Below, piece by piece: positions 9,041 to 19,475 of a stretch of DNA of 64,000 nt. The notes under the pieces are model-generated. The model did not search any database. It worked only from the letters and a program-made list of their open reading frames with translations, and was not told the DNA's origin. Position 1 is the stretch's first letter; each line of letters starts with the position of its first letter. The translations under genes and the position numbers were made by a program. Source of the stretch: Bacteroidales bacterium (lineage in GTDB: Bacteria; Bacteroidota; Bacteroidia; Bacteroidales; Muribaculaceae); contig JAAVGE010000011.1 in the NCBI GenBank assembly GCA_014800385.1, positions 11,963 to 75,962 on the forward strand. The letters run 5' to 3'.

Positions 9041-9762
9041 AGATCTGTCAACGAGGCTCCTTTTATAAGGGCTATAATCATTATTATAAATGTCGTTATC
9101 AATCCGGCGTACATCATCAGGTCTGCCACCTTCAAGGTTACGGTGCGTCCTCGTAATGCAAAGTTTATCACCGGATTATCGCGATGTTTGGAATGGAGGT
9201 CAATATACCTGAGAACCCAAACGGACAGTCCATAGCATCCGCTGCCGACGATTATGCCGATTATGCCTCCTACAAGAAGGTCACCGGGATAGTGCACACC
9301 GAGATAAATGCGTGAGTAGCAGGTTATAAGCGCCCAGACAAGGATAAATGCACGTGTTCGAGGTTTGCGGATCATCCACCAGATGAAGGAGGCCAGAGCA
9401 AAGGAATTGGCTGCATGACATGAAGGGAAACTGTAGCGTCCGCCACGGTAGCCGTCAACAATATGGACCATCAGTGATATCGGATTCTCCAGGTTTGCCG
9501 GACGCAACCGTGCAAAGATAGGACGCAGGAATGTGGCGCACAACTGGTCGGCGATTACTATGGAAAGTACAATACCTAAAACCATCACTATTGCACGACG
9601 TGCGCGGAAGTGACGTGTTATGATATACAACAGGGTCACATACATGGGAATCCAGATGAAGCGTCCTGTGAAAAGATACATAAATCGATCCATCACCGGA
9701 CAGTGCAATGAGTTCAGGTAGAGAAACAGGTCCGTGTCTATTTGCTGCAGATACTCAATCAT
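9037..9762 (-). CDS. PAP2-family lipid phosphatase (membrane)
   Basis: PAP2 motifs: RPIFARLRP, FPSCHAANSF (PSGH-like) and YSRIYLGVHYPGDLLVG (SRxxxxxHxxxD). Polytopic. Its ATG at 9762 overlaps the upstream stop (ATGA). Confidence 0.85.
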   Translation of the reverse strand: MIEYLQQIDTDLFLYLNSLHCPVMDRFMYLFTGRFIWIPMYVTLLYIITRHFRARRAIVMVLGIVLSIVIADQLCATFLRPIFARLRPANLENPISLMVHIVDGYRGGRYSFPSCHAANSFALASFIWWMIRKPRTRAFILVWALITCYSRIYLGVHYPGDLLVGGIIGIIVGSGCYGLSVWVLRYIDLHSKHRDNPVINFALRGRTVTLKVADLMMYAGLITTFIIMIIALIKGASLTDL

Positions 9763-11585
9763 AGTCGTGATAATTCAGTGTAAACGGTTTGTAACCAAGC
9801 CTTTGCCATCTCCACACTTTCTGCCGGACTGTTCCCGACAGTCTCTCCGGTGTTAAGGTTGAGTTCTACGGTGTCGTTGGGTGTCACCATACCTACGTAG
9901 TCGGGCTCGCTGTAGAAAGCCGAGTGAGCCACACCGGGTGAGAATATATCTTTTGAGAAGCGGAAGCGGCTGTGATCAATATTCATGGCGCCCAAAAGTG
10001 TGGCGGCGATATCGGTCTGCGACATAGGCGACCCTATTTCGCCATGTCGGGCAAGCGCACCGCCGGCGAGAATAAGAGGCACGTGATGACGTCCCTGCAT
10101 CGCCTGAATATTCCGGGGATATGCACCATAATGATCGGGAACCATCACAATCAGAGTGTTATCCCAACGCGGTGCGCGGCTCAGCGAGTCGACAAATGCC
10201 CCGACACAACTGTCGGTATATGCGAAGGCCCGGACCGGTCCCTCAGGGAAACGAGGATTATCGTACGGCACCTTGAACGGTTCATGTGAACTGGAGGTCT
10301 GAATCACGGTAAAGCGTGGTGTGGTGTCGGTCTGCGCCGAAATATCAGTCAGCGCACGTTCAAACACCAGATGGTCATGCGCTCCCCATTTCCCGGTACG
10401 CTGTGCCAACGGAAAATCCGTGTCACGGATTATGTCGGTGAAACCCGAGTTGACAAGATATGCGAGCATATTGGTGAAGTTCACATCCCCGCCATAGTAG
10501 TAACTGAGTTTGTAACCCTGCTCTCCAAGCGTCGAGGCTATCGAGGGGAGATGCTCGGCTTTTTCCACGAACTTCATCACGGATGTGGAAGGCTGACCGG
10601 GAAACGCGCTGAGAATGGCAGGAAGGGCACGGTCGGTGCGGAAACTTGATGCATAGAAATTGGTGAACAGCAGTCCCTGACGTGCGATGCTGTCGAGTTT
10701 AACCGCTATGGGTTCACCCCCCTGAACGGGAAGCAGGTGCGATGAGAAACTTTCAAGTATAATCAGGTAAATATCAGGTCGGTCGGTTGTCAGCAGTGGT
10801 GCATTGACCTGCCCGGTGTCGACTTCCGCCGTAAGGGAGAGTTCAAACAGATTTTCAGCCTTGTCATTTTCAAAGAAACGGTATTGCTTGCCGAAATCCG
10901 TCTGATGTGTGGCGGAATATAGCAGGCTGAAAGCAGGATTCACCGCGGCATGATTAAGCACGGTGACACTGCTGAAATATGCCCGGCTAAGGTTCATTGT
11001 TGAAACGGTGACGCCACCTCGAATCGGAATAAACAGCAGTCCGGTGACAAGAATCAAAACCACAGCGGTCACTACCCGGCGACGGTCTGCCCGTTCCAAA
11101 ACCACTCTTCCGGCCGTATACCGTAAAGCCGCATAATAGACCGAAACAAGTAATATCAAACCTATTGTGCCGCAAACCATTTCCATGACTGTTGCCGAAG
11201 CAAAGGCAGCCGACGGCGATGTCGCGAAATAAAACAGCGGGGTGGTGTCGAGTTTGAATCCCCAGTAACCATATAAAATAAGGTCGAGAATCTGGATTGA
11301 GGCGAGCAGCAACGCCACAAGGAGGTAATAGCCTCGCATCCATTTGCCCCGGATGTCAAATCCGGTGAGCACCGTGATTATGGTGAGCAACGCCGGAACA
11401 ACGGTCAGATAACCGGCGACAGTCATATCCATGGCCATGCCGTGCATCATCACACTGAAAATCCCTCCAACGCCAAACGCGGAGTAGATACTGTTATAAA
11501 ACAGCATGAACACCGGTTTCTGAAGCATCATGATGATGGTCAGGACAAAGAATGTAAGAACTATTTTCAGTATCCCTTTTTTCAT
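9759..11585 (-). CDS. LTA-synthase/sulfatase-family membrane enzyme (phosphoglycerol- or phosphoethanolamine-transferase-like)
   Basis: 608 aa. About 5 N-terminal TM helices are followed by an alkaline-phosphatase-superfamily domain (IYLIILESFSSHLLP, VMVPDHYG). Confidence 0.85.
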   Translation of the reverse strand: MKKGILKIVLTFFVLTIIMMLQKPVFMLFYNSIYSAFGVGGIFSVMMHGMAMDMTVAGYLTVVPALLTIITVLTGFDIRGKWMRGYYLLVALLLASIQILDLILYGYWGFKLDTTPLFYFATSPSAAFASATVMEMVCGTIGLILLVSVYYAALRYTAGRVVLERADRRRVVTAVVLILVTGLLFIPIRGGVTVSTMNLSRAYFSSVTVLNHAAVNPAFSLLYSATHQTDFGKQYRFFENDKAENLFELSLTAEVDTGQVNAPLLTTDRPDIYLIILESFSSHLLPVQGGEPIAVKLDSIARQGLLFTNFYASSFRTDRALPAILSAFPGQPSTSVMKFVEKAEHLPSIASTLGEQGYKLSYYYGGDVNFTNMLAYLVNSGFTDIIRDTDFPLAQRTGKWGAHDHLVFERALTDISAQTDTTPRFTVIQTSSSHEPFKVPYDNPRFPEGPVRAFAYTDSCVGAFVDSLSRAPRWDNTLIVMVPDHYGAYPRNIQAMQGRHHVPLILAGGALARHGEIGSPMSQTDIAATLLGAMNIDHSRFRFSKDIFSPGVAHSAFYSEPDYVGMVTPNDTVELNLNTGETVGNSPAESVEMAKAWLQTVYTELSRL

Positions 11586-11589
11586 TGGA

Positions 11590-12192
11590 TCATCGGGTCA
11601 GGTGAAACTCACGCTGGTCACCGTGGGTGGAGACGTATTCCCCACGAAACTCGGAATCGGTGATTATACCTTTATAAACGCCAACCTTTATGCGGCCCTC
11701 GATAAATTCAGTAATCTCCACCTCGTATGCATCATCGCCCACAGGGGTTACATCGGTCAGTCGGAGAACAAATTTATTATAGGGGTCGGCACGATAGAAT
11801 CTGCACCCTTCACCGGTGGTGAAGTTCATCTGCATCTCCACGGCAGACGCTCCGTAAAGACCGGAATACGGGTCGGATGATAGTGGCAGCGACGGATGTT
11901 GCGTTTCCGGCTGAGTCTCAGCAACAGGCTGAACCTCAACCTGATTTATCTTTGCCAGACCGGGATATTTACTGTAAATATACACACCCACTCCTATGGC
12001 GCCGACCAACAGAGCCATAAGTAAAAGCACACCCCCCACAAGCGGGAACTTGCGGCGGGGTTGCTTTTTGTTTATTTCCTTGATGGTGGCGAAAGGAGCC
12101 TGCTCCTGCTGCGCCCCACTATCCGTAAACGGGGTTGCGGAAGAATTTACGTCTTCCGTCCCGTTCAATTCCGGCAGGTTGTCTGTGTTCAT
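11590..12192 (-). CDS. Single-pass membrane protein, 200 aa, unknown function
   Basis: The ATG at 12192 overlaps the alaS TGA (ATGA). TM helix: [25 protein letters not shown]. The stop is 4 nt before the next ATG. Confidence 0.6.
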   Translation of the reverse strand: MNTDNLPELNGTEDVNSSATPFTDSGAQQEQAPFATIKEINKKQPRRKFPLVGGVLLLMALLVGAIGVGVYIYSKYPGLAKINQVEVQPVAETQPETQHPSLPLSSDPYSGLYGASAVEMQMNFTTGEGCRFYRADPYNKFVLRLTDVTPVGDDAYEVEITEFIEGRIKVGVYKGIITDSEFRGEYVSTHGDQREFHLTR

Positions 12193-14807
12193 TTTATTGC
12201 TTCAAGCAGTTTACCCATAGCGGTTACGATTCCTGCGCCATCCTTACCGCCGGCCTGGGCGAATCCGGGCTGACCGCCGCCACCACCTTTGATGGCTTTG
12301 GCTGCCTCACGCACGGTTGTGGAGGCGTTGTAGCCCTGCTTAACCAGGTCATCGGTAAACATTACGGTGAGCAGAGGTTTGCCGCTCATATCAACGGTTG
12401 CGCCGAGGAAAGCGGTTGCCTCAGGCGAAAGTTCACGTACTGCGAAAGCCACACCTTTGACAACGTCAGGCACACGGACATGGTCCATAGTGACAACTTT
12501 TATGCCATTGACACTCTTGGCTGATTCAAGCATCTGTTTAGCCAGAGTGCGGATGCGTTCACGCATGAATTCCTCAGCCTGCTTGCGGAGCGAAGCATTT
12601 TCCTCAACTGCCTTGCGCAGGGCTCCGACCACGTCGGGAGCATTATTCAGTGCAGCACCTATTTCGCGCAGCAGATCAGCGTTGCGGTCAAACAGTTCTT
12701 CGGCACGCTCGCCTGTAATAGCCTCGATTCGGCGTATTCCGGCTGCGATACTGCTTTCGGTGATAATCTTTATCATGCCGATGTTACCGGTGTTCTCAAC
12801 ATGAGTACCGCCACACAGTTCAACTGAGTCGCCATAACGAATCACACGCACCTCGTCGCCATATTTTTCGCCGAACAGAGCCATAGCGCCCATCTCCATT
12901 GCCTGAGCGATAGGCACATTGCGACGCTCGTCACGGGCCATGGCCTTGCGAACGCGGCTGTTTGCCAGATGTTCCACCTTACGGATCTCTTCGGGAGTGA
13001 GTTTCTGGAAATGAGAGAAGTCGAAACGGAGAAGGTCGGGCGACACGTATGAACCTTTCTGTTCAACATGTGTGCCGAGCACTTCGCGGAGCGCTTCATG
13101 CAGAAGGTGAGTTGCAGTGTGGTTGCATGATATTGCCTGGCGTGCTTTCTCATCAACGGCTGCGGTGAATGTGGCTGTAACGTCCGAGGGAAGTACGGTT
13201 GTCAGGTGTACACCCATACCGTTTTCGCGTTTAGTGTCGAACACTTCAATCACTTCGTCGCCGGCGGTGAGTGTGCCGCGGTCACCTACCTGACCACCCA
13301 TCTCTGCATAGAAGGGTGTTTCAGAGAGTACTATCTGATAGAATTCTTTGTTTTTCTGTTTTACCTTGCGATAGCGAAGTATACGGGCATCGGTTGTGGT
13401 TTTGTCATAACCGACAAACTGCTGTTCACCATCATTGACAGTCACCCAGTCACCGGTTTCCACAGCGGCGGCGTTACGTGCGCGTGCCTTCTGGGCAGCC
13501 ATTTCGGCATCGAATCCGGCACGGTCAAGTGTCATGCCGTTCTCTTTGAGAATAAGTTCGGTGAGGTCAAGGGGGAAACCGTAGGTGTCATAAAGGAGGA
13601 ACGCCTCTTTACCGTCGATTTCAGACTTGCCGGCTTTACGGGCGGCAGCCATACTGTCCTCAAGCATCTTGATACCATTCTCCAGAGTGCGGAGGAACGA
13701 ATCTTCCTCCTCCTTGATAACCTTCATTATCAGTTCACGCTGTGCGGGGAGTTCGGGATATGCCTGCCCCATGCTTTCGATAAGGGTGTCGATAAGGCGA
13801 TACATGAATGCCTGCTTCTGTTCAAGGAAGGTGTAGGCATAACGAACGGCGCGACGCAGGATACGGCGGATGACGTAGCCGGCTTTGGCGTTGGAGGGGA
13901 GTTGTGAGTCGGCGATGGAGAATGCTATTGTGCGGACATGGTCGGCGATAACTCGCATTGCAACATCCACCTTATGATCCTCGCCATATTTCTTACCCGA
14001 GAGTTGCGAAATTTTCTCAATCAGGGGAGTGAACACGTCGGTGTCATAGTTACTCTGCTTACCCTGGAGTGCCATGCAGAGGCGTTCAAAACCCATACCG
14101 GTGTCGATAACCTTGGCTGGAAGAGGTTGCAGCGAGCCGTCAGCCATGCGCTGATACTGCATGAACACGAGGTTCCAGATTTCAATCACCTGGGGGTGGT
14201 CCTTGTTGACCATCTCGGCGCCTGACACTTTCGCACGTTCCTCATCGGAGCGGAGGTCTATGTGAATCTCGGAGCAGGGACCGCAGGGACCGGTATCGCC
14301 CATCTCCCAGAAATTGTCATGTTTATTGCCGTTGATGATGTGTGATGCGGGGAGATGATTTTCCCAGATTGCGGCAGCCTCATTGTCGCGCTCCAGCCCT
14401 TCTTCAGGCGAGCCCTCAAACACGGTTGCATAAAGACGGTCCGGGTTAAGTTTCAATACATCAACCAGATATTCCCATGCCCAGTCGATAGCCTCCTTCT
14501 TGAAATAGTCGCCGAACGACCAGTTTCCGAGCATCTCGAACATGGTGTGGTGATAGGTGTCATGTCCGACCTCCTCGAGGTCGTTGTGCTTTCCGCTCAC
14601 ACGCAGACACTTTTGTGAATCAGCCACGCGAACATATTTGGCAGCCTTGTTTCCTAAAATGATATCCTTGAACTGATTCATACCGGCATTGGTAAACATC
14701 AGCGTAGGGTCATCTTTTATAACCATAGGTGCGGAAGGGACAATATGGTGTCCTTTCCCTTCAAAAAATGTTTTGAACGATTCGCGTATCTCTTTTGCAG
14801 TTAACAT
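12189..14807 (-). CDS. alaS: Alanine--tRNA ligase
   Basis: Start trimmed to the ATG at 14807 ([29 protein letters not shown]). Contains an editing-domain HxxxH/CxxxH region ([12 protein letters not shown] ... ELCGGTHV) and a C-terminal DHHA1-like tail. Confidence 0.95.
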   Translation of the reverse strand: MLTAKEIRESFKTFFEGKGHHIVPSAPMVIKDDPTLMFTNAGMNQFKDIILGNKAAKYVRVADSQKCLRVSGKHNDLEEVGHDTYHHTMFEMLGNWSFGDYFKKEAIDWAWEYLVDVLKLNPDRLYATVFEGSPEEGLERDNEAAAIWENHLPASHIINGNKHDNFWEMGDTGPCGPCSEIHIDLRSDEERAKVSGAEMVNKDHPQVIEIWNLVFMQYQRMADGSLQPLPAKVIDTGMGFERLCMALQGKQSNYDTDVFTPLIEKISQLSGKKYGEDHKVDVAMRVIADHVRTIAFSIADSQLPSNAKAGYVIRRILRRAVRYAYTFLEQKQAFMYRLIDTLIESMGQAYPELPAQRELIMKVIKEEEDSFLRTLENGIKMLEDSMAAARKAGKSEIDGKEAFLLYDTYGFPLDLTELILKENGMTLDRAGFDAEMAAQKARARNAAAVETGDWVTVNDGEQQFVGYDKTTTDARILRYRKVKQKNKEFYQIVLSETPFYAEMGGQVGDRGTLTAGDEVIEVFDTKRENGMGVHLTTVLPSDVTATFTAAVDEKARQAISCNHTATHLLHEALREVLGTHVEQKGSYVSPDLLRFDFSHFQKLTPEEIRKVEHLANSRVRKAMARDERRNVPIAQAMEMGAMALFGEKYGDEVRVIRYGDSVELCGGTHVENTGNIGMIKIITESSIAAGIRRIEAITGERAEELFDRNADLLREIGAALNNAPDVVGALRKAVEENASLRKQAEEFMRERIRTLAKQMLESAKSVNGIKVVTMDHVRVPDVVKGVAFAVRELSPEATAFLGATVDMSGKPLLTVMFTDDLVKQGYNASTTVREAAKAIKGGGGGQPGFAQAGGKDGAGIVTAMGKLLEAIK

Positions 14808-14842
14808 AAGCAGTGTATTAAAAAATATCTCTTTTATTCGTG

Positions 14843-14850
14843 CAAAATTA
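14843..14850 (-). promoter_or_regulatory. Candidate -7 box (TAATTTTG) for alaS
   Basis: The plus strand reads caaaatta, 36 nt upstream of the alaS ATG at 14807. Confidence 0.3.
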
Positions 14851-14862
14851 CTCATTATTTGT

Positions 14863-14870
14863 TACTTTTG
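14863..14870 (+). promoter_or_regulatory. Candidate -7 box (TACTTTTG) for the divergent M23 peptidase operon
   Basis: tacttttg on the plus strand, 80 nt upstream of the ATG at 14950. Confidence 0.3.
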
Positions 14871-14949
14871 CAACAGAAAAGGGGTTAAGTTGCACTGCTG
14901 TGTCAAACATTACGGTTGCGGCATGCTCCTGTTAACAGATTTTTTGTTA

Positions 14950-15912
14950 ATGAGTAAGAAAATCTTTTACAGATATAATAAGATTACCGACAGTTACGAG
15001 AGGGTTTACCCTTCGCGATGGAACCGTGTGTGGTCACGCACCGCCAACGGGCTTTTCATAGCGATGGTTGTGATGGTGGCGGCAGTGACGCTTTACCATT
15101 TCATCGAACTTCCTCGTGAGGAGATGCTCCGTGAGGAAAACCGTCGGCTCAAGACGCAGTTGGGCGTCGTCAACTCCCGTCTGGATCAGGCTCTTAAGGT
15201 AATGGATGCCATTGCCGAGCGTGACAACAATTTCTATCGCGTCATGATGCAGGCGCCTCCGTTGACAGCCAACCAGCGCTACGGCGGTATAAGCCCCTCG
15301 GAGGCGGCAGCAATGATGAACGATGCCGACCTTGTCACCAACGTTACGGAAAAAGTGGATATGCTTGACCGTCTTGTCTATGCCCAGATTCAGTCATTCG
15401 ACTCGCTCCGCGTGATGGCTTCCCAGCAGACCGACCGTCTGCGCCACATACCCTCGGTGCAACCCATATCCCAACTGGATATGAAGCAGTTAGCCTCAGG
15501 CTACGGGGTGCGCGTCGATCCGGTTTACGGCACCTCACGCTTTCATGAAGGTATGGACTTCGCCGCTCAGCCCGGCACACGCGTAAACGCCACCGGCGAC
15601 GGCACCGTGATTCACGCCGACTGGAACAGCGGATACGGCAACCTGGTGGAAGTGGATCACGGCTACGGTTATGTCACACGCTATGCCCATCTGAGCAAGA
15701 TGACCGTGCAGAAAGGTCAGAAAGTGACACGTGGCGAGAAAGTGGGAGAGGTCGGGTCTACTGGAAAATCAACCGGCCCGCATCTGCATTATGAAGTACG
15801 TTACAAAGGGGTACACCAGCCCCCGTATAAATACTATTTTGAAGACCTCAGTCCTGAACAGTATGCCGCAATGATCGCTGCAAACGATGCCGCGGCTCAT
15901 GTTATGGACTGA
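14950..15912 (+). CDS. M23-family metallopeptidase (membrane-anchored)
   Basis: Start trimmed to the ATG at 14950 (MSKKIFYRYNK). Has a TM helix (GLFIAMVVMVAAVTLY), a coiled coil, and the M23 motifs HEGMDFAA and GPHLHYEVRYKG. Confidence 0.85.
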   Translation: MSKKIFYRYNKITDSYERVYPSRWNRVWSRTANGLFIAMVVMVAAVTLYHFIELPREEMLREENRRLKTQLGVVNSRLDQALKVMDAIAERDNNFYRVMMQAPPLTANQRYGGISPSEAAAMMNDADLVTNVTEKVDMLDRLVYAQIQSFDSLRVMASQQTDRLRHIPSVQPISQLDMKQLASGYGVRVDPVYGTSRFHEGMDFAAQPGTRVNATGDGTVIHADWNSGYGNLVEVDHGYGYVTRYAHLSKMTVQKGQKVTRGEKVGEVGSTGKSTGPHLHYEVRYKGVHQPPYKYYFEDLSPEQYAAMIAANDAAAHVMD

Positions 15913-15931
15913 CCTACATTCGCAAACGAAT

Positions 15932-16279
15932 ATGGCTACATCCGACGCTCTGAGCAAAACCTATTTCAAAATCCGCGACGTGGCGGAACTGCTTGACGTG
16001 CCTGCCTCAACGCTGAGGTTCTGGGAAAAGGAGTTCCCGACGCTGATTACCCCTTACCGCAACCCCGGAGGAACACGCTACTATTCTCCCGCCGACATTG
16101 AGAATATCCGCAAGATAATCTATCTGGTCAAGGAGCGCGGTCTGAAATTAGACGCCGCCAAAGCCGAACTGACACATAACCGTGCCGGGGTGGAAAAACG
16201 CTTCGAGGTTATAGAACGGCTCAAACAGATGCGCGAACAGGTCAACGGTCTTCTTTCCGCTTTAAATTCACGACGCTGA
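15932..16279 (+). CDS. MerR-family transcriptional regulator (115 aa)
   Basis: Start trimmed to the ATG at 15932. HTH region: YFKIRDVAELLDVPASTLRFWEKEF...TRYYSPADIENIRKI. Its TGA overlaps the next ATG by 1 nt. Confidence 0.8.
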   Translation: MATSDALSKTYFKIRDVAELLDVPASTLRFWEKEFPTLITPYRNPGGTRYYSPADIENIRKIIYLVKERGLKLDAAKAELTHNRAGVEKRFEVIERLKQMREQVNGLLSALNSRR

Positions 16280-18138
16280 TGGCAAGTTTCCTGCAAATTA
16301 ATGACCTCACCAAGAGTGTAGGCGACAGAATACTTTTTCAAGGTATAACCTTAGGAGTTGAGGAGGGTGACAAGATCGGGCTGATAGCCAAAAACGGCAC
16401 CGGCAAAACCACTCTGCTGCGGTGTCTGGCCGGTGATGAACAGCCCGACTCCGGCTCTATCGTGTATAAGAACGACCTGCGCGTGGCTTACCTGGAACAG
16501 ACTCCCGTGCTCCCAGCAGGAGCCACTGTTATCGAGGCTGCCTTCGCCCACCCTACCCCGGCCACAAAAGCGATTTCGGAGTATGAAACGGCTCTGGCCC
16601 TGAACGATACTGACCGGATAAACGAGGCTATCAAACTGATGGATGCCGAAAGTGCATGGGACTACGAGGACCGGATGAAGCAACTGCTGACTCAACTCAA
16701 CATCACCGATATGACGCAGTGTGTCGACTCCATGTCGGGGGGTCAGCGCAAGCGCCTGGCTCTGGCACGTGTCATACTTTCCGAACCTGACCTCATCATC
16801 CTTGACGAGCCCACCAACCACCTTGACATAACATCGATTGAATGGCTTGAGAATTATCTGACCCGCTCACGCTGCACACTGCTGATGGTGACCCACGACC
16901 GCTATTTCCTGGATCGCGTCTGCAACAAGATAATCGAGATTGACCGCACTAACCTTTACTCCTACGACGGCAATTATGACTACTATCTGCGCCGGCGCAG
17001 CGAGCGTATCGAGGCCATGACCGCCGAACTAGCAAAGGTCAAGAACACTCTGCGCAAGGAGCAGGAATGGATGCGCCGGCAGCCTCAGGCTCGTGCCGGA
17101 AAGGCAAAATACCGCATTGATTCGTTCTACGACCTGAAGGAACGGTCGCAGGTGAACATGCGTGAGGACAATGTTCAGTTGAACGTGAAGTCATCCTACA
17201 TCGGCTCAAAGATTTTTGAAGCCGAAAATGTGTGCAAACGTTTCGGCGACAAGATTATCCTGGACAACTTCTCCTACATCTTCTCCCGCTACGAAAAGTT
17301 AGGTATCATAGGGGAAAACGGAGTTGGCAAATCCACCTTCATCAAGATGCTCCAGGGTCTGGTTGCTCCCGACAGCGGCGCATGGAACGTGGGTGAAACG
17401 GTCCGTTTCGGCTATTACAGCCAGGATGGCATCAGTTTTGATGAAAACAAAAAAGTTGTGGATGCCATAACCGAACTGGCCGAAGATATTGTCATCAACG
17501 ACGGAGTGCACATCGCTCCGATGCAGTTCCTGCAGAAGTTCCTTTTCACTCCTGCCGACCAGCAGAAATATATCCACACACTCAGCGGTGGCGAGCGTGC
17601 CCGTCTGCACCTTGCAGCAACACTTATGCGTTCACCCAACTTCCTTATCCTCGATGAGCCTACCAACGACCTGGATATAGTGACATTGGGTATTCTGGAG
17701 GATTATCTGGCTGATTTCAAGGGGTGTCTGATTGTCATTTCTCACGACCGTTTCTTTCTGGATTCCATTGTGGATCACCTGTTTGTATTCCAAGGCAACG
17801 GAGTGATAAAGGATTTTCCCGGCAACTACACTGAATATCGCCAATTCCTTGCGGAACAACAAAAGGAACGTGTGCAAACCGAGGAAAAACAGAACCGTCA
17901 GCAACGCCCCAAAACAGACCGTCCGGCAAAACTGTCATTCAAAGAAAAGAAAGAACTTGAGAAACTCACTCAGGAGATTGATGAACTGAACAACGAGAAA
18001 GCAGAGATTGAACAGTTGTTCAATTCCGGCGCTGACCCTGAAACCATACGTGAAAAGGCTGACCGGTATAAGGAAATCCAGTCAGCCCTTGATGAGAAGG
18101 AACTCCGTTGGCTTGAACTTTCGGAAATCGAAGGTTAA
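16279..18138 (+). CDS. ABC-F family ATPase (two ABC domains, no TM, C-terminal coiled coil)
   Basis: Walker A motifs GLIAKNGTGKTTLL and GIIGENGVGKSTFI. Signature motifs MSGGQRKRLALA and LSGGERARLHLA. Lys/Glu-rich C-terminal coiled coil. Confidence 0.9.
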   Translation: MASFLQINDLTKSVGDRILFQGITLGVEEGDKIGLIAKNGTGKTTLLRCLAGDEQPDSGSIVYKNDLRVAYLEQTPVLPAGATVIEAAFAHPTPATKAISEYETALALNDTDRINEAIKLMDAESAWDYEDRMKQLLTQLNITDMTQCVDSMSGGQRKRLALARVILSEPDLIILDEPTNHLDITSIEWLENYLTRSRCTLLMVTHDRYFLDRVCNKIIEIDRTNLYSYDGNYDYYLRRRSERIEAMTAELAKVKNTLRKEQEWMRRQPQARAGKAKYRIDSFYDLKERSQVNMREDNVQLNVKSSYIGSKIFEAENVCKRFGDKIILDNFSYIFSRYEKLGIIGENGVGKSTFIKMLQGLVAPDSGAWNVGETVRFGYYSQDGISFDENKKVVDAITELAEDIVINDGVHIAPMQFLQKFLFTPADQQKYIHTLSGGERARLHLAATLMRSPNFLILDEPTNDLDIVTLGILEDYLADFKGCLIVISHDRFFLDSIVDHLFVFQGNGVIKDFPGNYTEYRQFLAEQQKERVQTEEKQNRQQRPKTDRPAKLSFKEKKELEKLTQEIDELNNEKAEIEQLFNSGADPETIREKADRYKEIQSALDEKELRWLELSEIEG

Positions 18139-18164
18139 GAAACGGTTTATTTATATCCTCAAAA

Positions 18165-19475
18165 TCATACTCTGGCTGCAGCCAGGGCTATGACTTCTGT
18201 CAGCGTGGGGTGTGAGTGGACGGTTTCATTAATGGCATCCACCGGAAGTTTGGCCGACATGGCCAAAGCAGGTTCAGCAATGAGGTCGGCAGCATGAGGT
18301 CCGCAGATGTGGCACCCCAATATCTGACGGGTAGTGTTGTCTACGATAAGTTTCAGGATGCCGTCTGCTTCACCCATGGCAAGCGCTTTGCCATTGCCGC
18401 GAAACGGAATCTTTACTGCTTTATAATCAAGCGACTGCTCCTTGCACTGCTCTTCAGTAAGCCCTACCATAGCACATTCGGGTGTGGTAAATACGGCTGA
18501 CGGAATAACGCTGAGGTCAATCTCATGACCAAGCACTTTGCGACCTTGTGCCGATGCGGCATGGGCAAGCATCATCACTCCGTTGACATCGCCGATAGCA
18601 TATACTCCGGGGGCTGTAGTCCGGAACAGGTCATCGACCTCTATCCCTCCGCGTCCAACGGTAATTGAAGTGTTTTCTATTCCGGAAGGAACGACAGCAC
18701 GTCGGCCGACAGCCATAACAACCATATCCGACGACAATTCCACCGTTTTTCCCTTTGACTCATATACTACACTATGGTCCTGACGAATCTCTTTAACAGC
18801 AGCCGAGGTAATTATATTTATCCCTCTGCGGCTCAATGCCATACGCAGACGTTTGGCAATATCTTTGTCAAATGGTGGCAGAATCTCTTTCATGTATTCC
18901 ACCACTGTAACCTCCACACCGAAGGCGTTGAGTATGGATGCAAATTCCATCCCTATAACGCCACCTCCGACAATGGTGACTCTGCCCGGAAGTTCGGTCA
19001 TAGAGAGAAAAGCATCGCTGCTGACGGCATATTCAGCACCCGGCAGTGACAGTTCGGCCGGACGGGAACCTGTAGCGATAATGATTCGCGGGGCTGTGAA
19101 CGCCTCTCCGTTGACCTCAACGGTGCTGTCATTTACAAACGATGCTTCACCCCGGATGAGTGTACACCCTGCAACGGCACTCTCTACACCCTGGCGCAAC
19201 ATGTTGACTACCTCATCTTTACGTGCGGCAGCAACAGCATAATCAAAGGATATGTCACCGGGATTGACCCCGAATTGCGAAGCCTCGCGCAGGGTCAGCG
19301 CAACATCTGCCGACTTGCATAAAGCCTTGGTGGGTATACATCCGCGGTTCAGACATGTGCCCCCTAACTCACCCCGTTCTATCAGGCACACCGACAGTCC
19401 GGAGGCAGCAGCCTCGGCGGCTGTTTCGTAGCCGCCGGGACCTGCTCCTATGACAATCAAATCAAATTCTTTCAT
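18165..19475 (-). CDS. lpdA: Dihydrolipoyl dehydrogenase (L-protein/E3)
   Basis: Motifs: DLIVIGAGPGGY (FAD), GGTCLNRGCIPTK (redox disulfide), C-terminal HSHPTLTEV. Its ATG at 19475 overlaps gcvPB by 14 nt. Confidence 0.9.
   Translation of the reverse strand: MKEFDLIVIGAGPGGYETAAEAAASGLSVCLIERGELGGTCLNRGCIPTKALCKSADVALTLREASQFGVNPGDISFDYAVAAARKDEVVNMLRQGVESAVAGCTLIRGEASFVNDSTVEVNGEAFTAPRIIIATGSRPAELSLPGAEYAVSSDAFLSMTELPGRVTIVGGGVIGMEFASILNAFGVEVTVVEYMKEILPPFDKDIAKRLRMALSRRGINIITSAAVKEIRQDHSVVYESKGKTVELSSDMVVMAVGRRAVVPSGIENTSITVGRGGIEVDDLFRTTAPGVYAIGDVNGVMMLAHAASAQGRKVLGHEIDLSVIPSAVFTTPECAMVGLTEEQCKEQSLDYKAVKIPFRGNGKALAMGEADGILKLIVDNTTRQILGCHICGPHAADLIAEPALAMSAKLPVDAINETVHSHPTLTEVIALAAARV

Noticed and set aside
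13206-13907. Long antisense ORFs inside conserved genes. Examples: 13206-13907 in alaS, 4619-5131 in ansA, 23310-23897 in gcvT, 45490-46071 and 46743-47357 in atpD, 2926-3399 in the lipoprotein gene.
   Set aside because: They are shadow ORFs opposite strongly motif-supported genes. Their translations are low-complexity or biased and carry no recognisable motifs.
14893-14935. CTGCTGTGTCAAACATT ... GGCATGCTCC, which resembles the repeat TIR and the first palindrome arm
   Set aside because: Only about 12 and 8 nt are similar, with no second arm and no matching TIR. This is most likely chance or an unrecognisable relic.
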